Below are positions 63,180 to 64,000 of a stretch of DNA of 64,000 bases, in pieces. The number at the start of each line of letters is the position of its first letter. The first letter of the stretch is position 1. This DNA is from Ignavibacteriota bacterium (GTDB taxonomy: Bacteria > Bacteroidota > Ignavibacteria > Kapaibacteriales > UBA2268). A model generated the notes under the pieces. It had not been told where the DNA came from and did no database searches. It worked only from the letters and a program-made list of their open reading frames with translations. The translations under genes and the position numbers were made by a program. Location: the NCBI GenBank assembly GCA_020437395.1, contig JAGQWJ010000007.1, positions 15,523 through 79,522 of the forward strand, read 5' to 3'.

Positions 63180-63764
63180 CTATTGACAATCGCATTGATT
63201 ATCAACAAATTTAATTGCATCTGGGAAAAATTCATTGAATTCTTTGTTAAATAATTCATAATCTTTTTGAAGGTGTCCGACAGCTGCACCAAAATTAGAA
63301 GGGAACTGAGTGCGTATATCCATTTTTTCAAGTGTAAACTTCAAACCCTCAAAAGTCTTATAGCTATTTAGCCAATCTTTATTTATCATCATTGGAAGAT
63401 TTCGTTTCAAACGAGCTGGCATTTCCTCCATCCTTCGGGAGAAAATACTATATACTTGTTGTGCAAAGTCTGGAAGAGAAATATTAGAATAAAGTTCCCA
63501 ATTATTAGCTAAAAGATGGTCGTAGAGAATATCAACAACAACAGAAGAGTATTTTCTATGAAATGGTTGTAATCTATGGATCCCTCTAAGAACAATGTCG
63601 TGAGTGTCGGTAAATGAATCGATTGTTCTATGTAAGTCTATGCCTTTTTTGACTTTCTCAGGCAGTGCATCAACTTCGTTTATTGAGATAGAATCAGCTA
63701 TGAAATTCCCAATCATAATGTCTTCATTATTGCAGGAAAGAAATATATGGGCAAGATAATTCAT
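63180..63764 (-). CDS. acpH: Acyl carrier protein phosphodiesterase
   Basis: MNYLAHIFLS...IGNFIADS... is the canonical AcpH N-terminus. ATG 63764 is preferred over the upstream TTG. Confidence 0.85.
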   Translation of the reverse strand: MNYLAHIFLSCNNEDIMIGNFIADSISINEVDALPEKVKKGIDLHRTIDSFTDTHDIVLRGIHRLQPFHRKYSSVVVDILYDHLLANNWELYSNISLPDFAQQVYSIFSRRMEEMPARLKRNLPMMINKDWLNSYKTFEGLKFTLEKMDIRTQFPSNFGAAVGHLQKDYELFNKEFNEFFPDAIKFVDNQCDCQ

Positions 63765-63948
63765 AAACCCCAAACGATTTAAAAGCAAAATACTTGCAGT
63801 TAATAAAAAAAATCTAATTTGTCTAATTGAATAAGTGTAGTATTTTTCTGTTTACCGTTTGTTGACTAAAATATTATTTTTCTAGACCTATTTGAACCAC
63901 TTTAGACCGTTTTTGACAGGATTACTTTTTATAAGGGATAAGTAAAAA

Positions 63949-63980
63949 CCCCTTGCAGTGCAACACTACAAGGGGTTTTA
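63949..63980 (-). terminator. Rho-independent terminator downstream of a tRNA gene that runs off the window
   Basis: CCCCTTGCAGTG-caa-CACTACAAGGGG with a T-run on the minus strand. Confidence 0.7.
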
Positions 63981-63985
63981 TGTTG

Positions 63986-64000
63986 TGGGCCCAGAGGGAA
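63986..64000 (-). tRNA. 3' end of a tRNA gene (truncated by the window edge; identity undetermined)
   Basis: The reverse complement reads TTCCCTC-TGGGCCC-A. That fits the end of a T-loop, the T-stem, a 7-nt acceptor strand and the discriminator base. Confidence 0.4.

Overview
This is an AT-rich chromosomal window from a bacterium that looks like the FCB group (Bacteroidota/Ignavibacteriota-like). The evidence is type III glutamine synthetase, T9SS C-terminal sorting domains, RskA-type anti-sigma factors and TAnnTTTG -7 promoter motifs. Most of the window is housekeeping: dnaX, mscL, serS, rpiB, murE, purK, an Omp85-family barrel, mnmG, a nucleotide-heptose cluster, rlpA, a tryptophanase-like lyase, an RND efflux operon, glnN, tRNA-Pro, two POT transporters, a thiolase, acpH. 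Two perfect 16/16 parS sites bracket mnmG. A 340-bp non-coding gap with DnaA-box-like 9-mers lies 7 kb to their left, so the window is probably origin-proximal. The most unusual region is 30.3-36.4 kb. It holds three Sec-dependent, tail-fibre-like modular proteins (shared N-terminal module, poly-Gly hinge, unrelated C-terminal domains; two share an 84-nt identical 5' block). It also holds an IPTL-CTERM-sorted protein and a catalytically dead trypsin-fold protein, with no phage structural or integration genes. Other points worth a second look:
- an E. coli-type A_AAA_AAG slippery site in dnaX
- a GluR0-like ligand-gated K+ channel
- three genes whose homologous or required N-termini lie upstream of any ATG/GTG/TTG (candidate AUA/AUU starts)
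- a tandemly duplicated sigma/anti-sigma module
- a fused pseudo-dimeric HD phosphohydrolase
- a tandem pair of pol-beta nucleotidyltransferases
- a family of GC-rich hairpin repeats in three intergenic islands

No CRISPR array, rRNA, transposase or integrase was seen.
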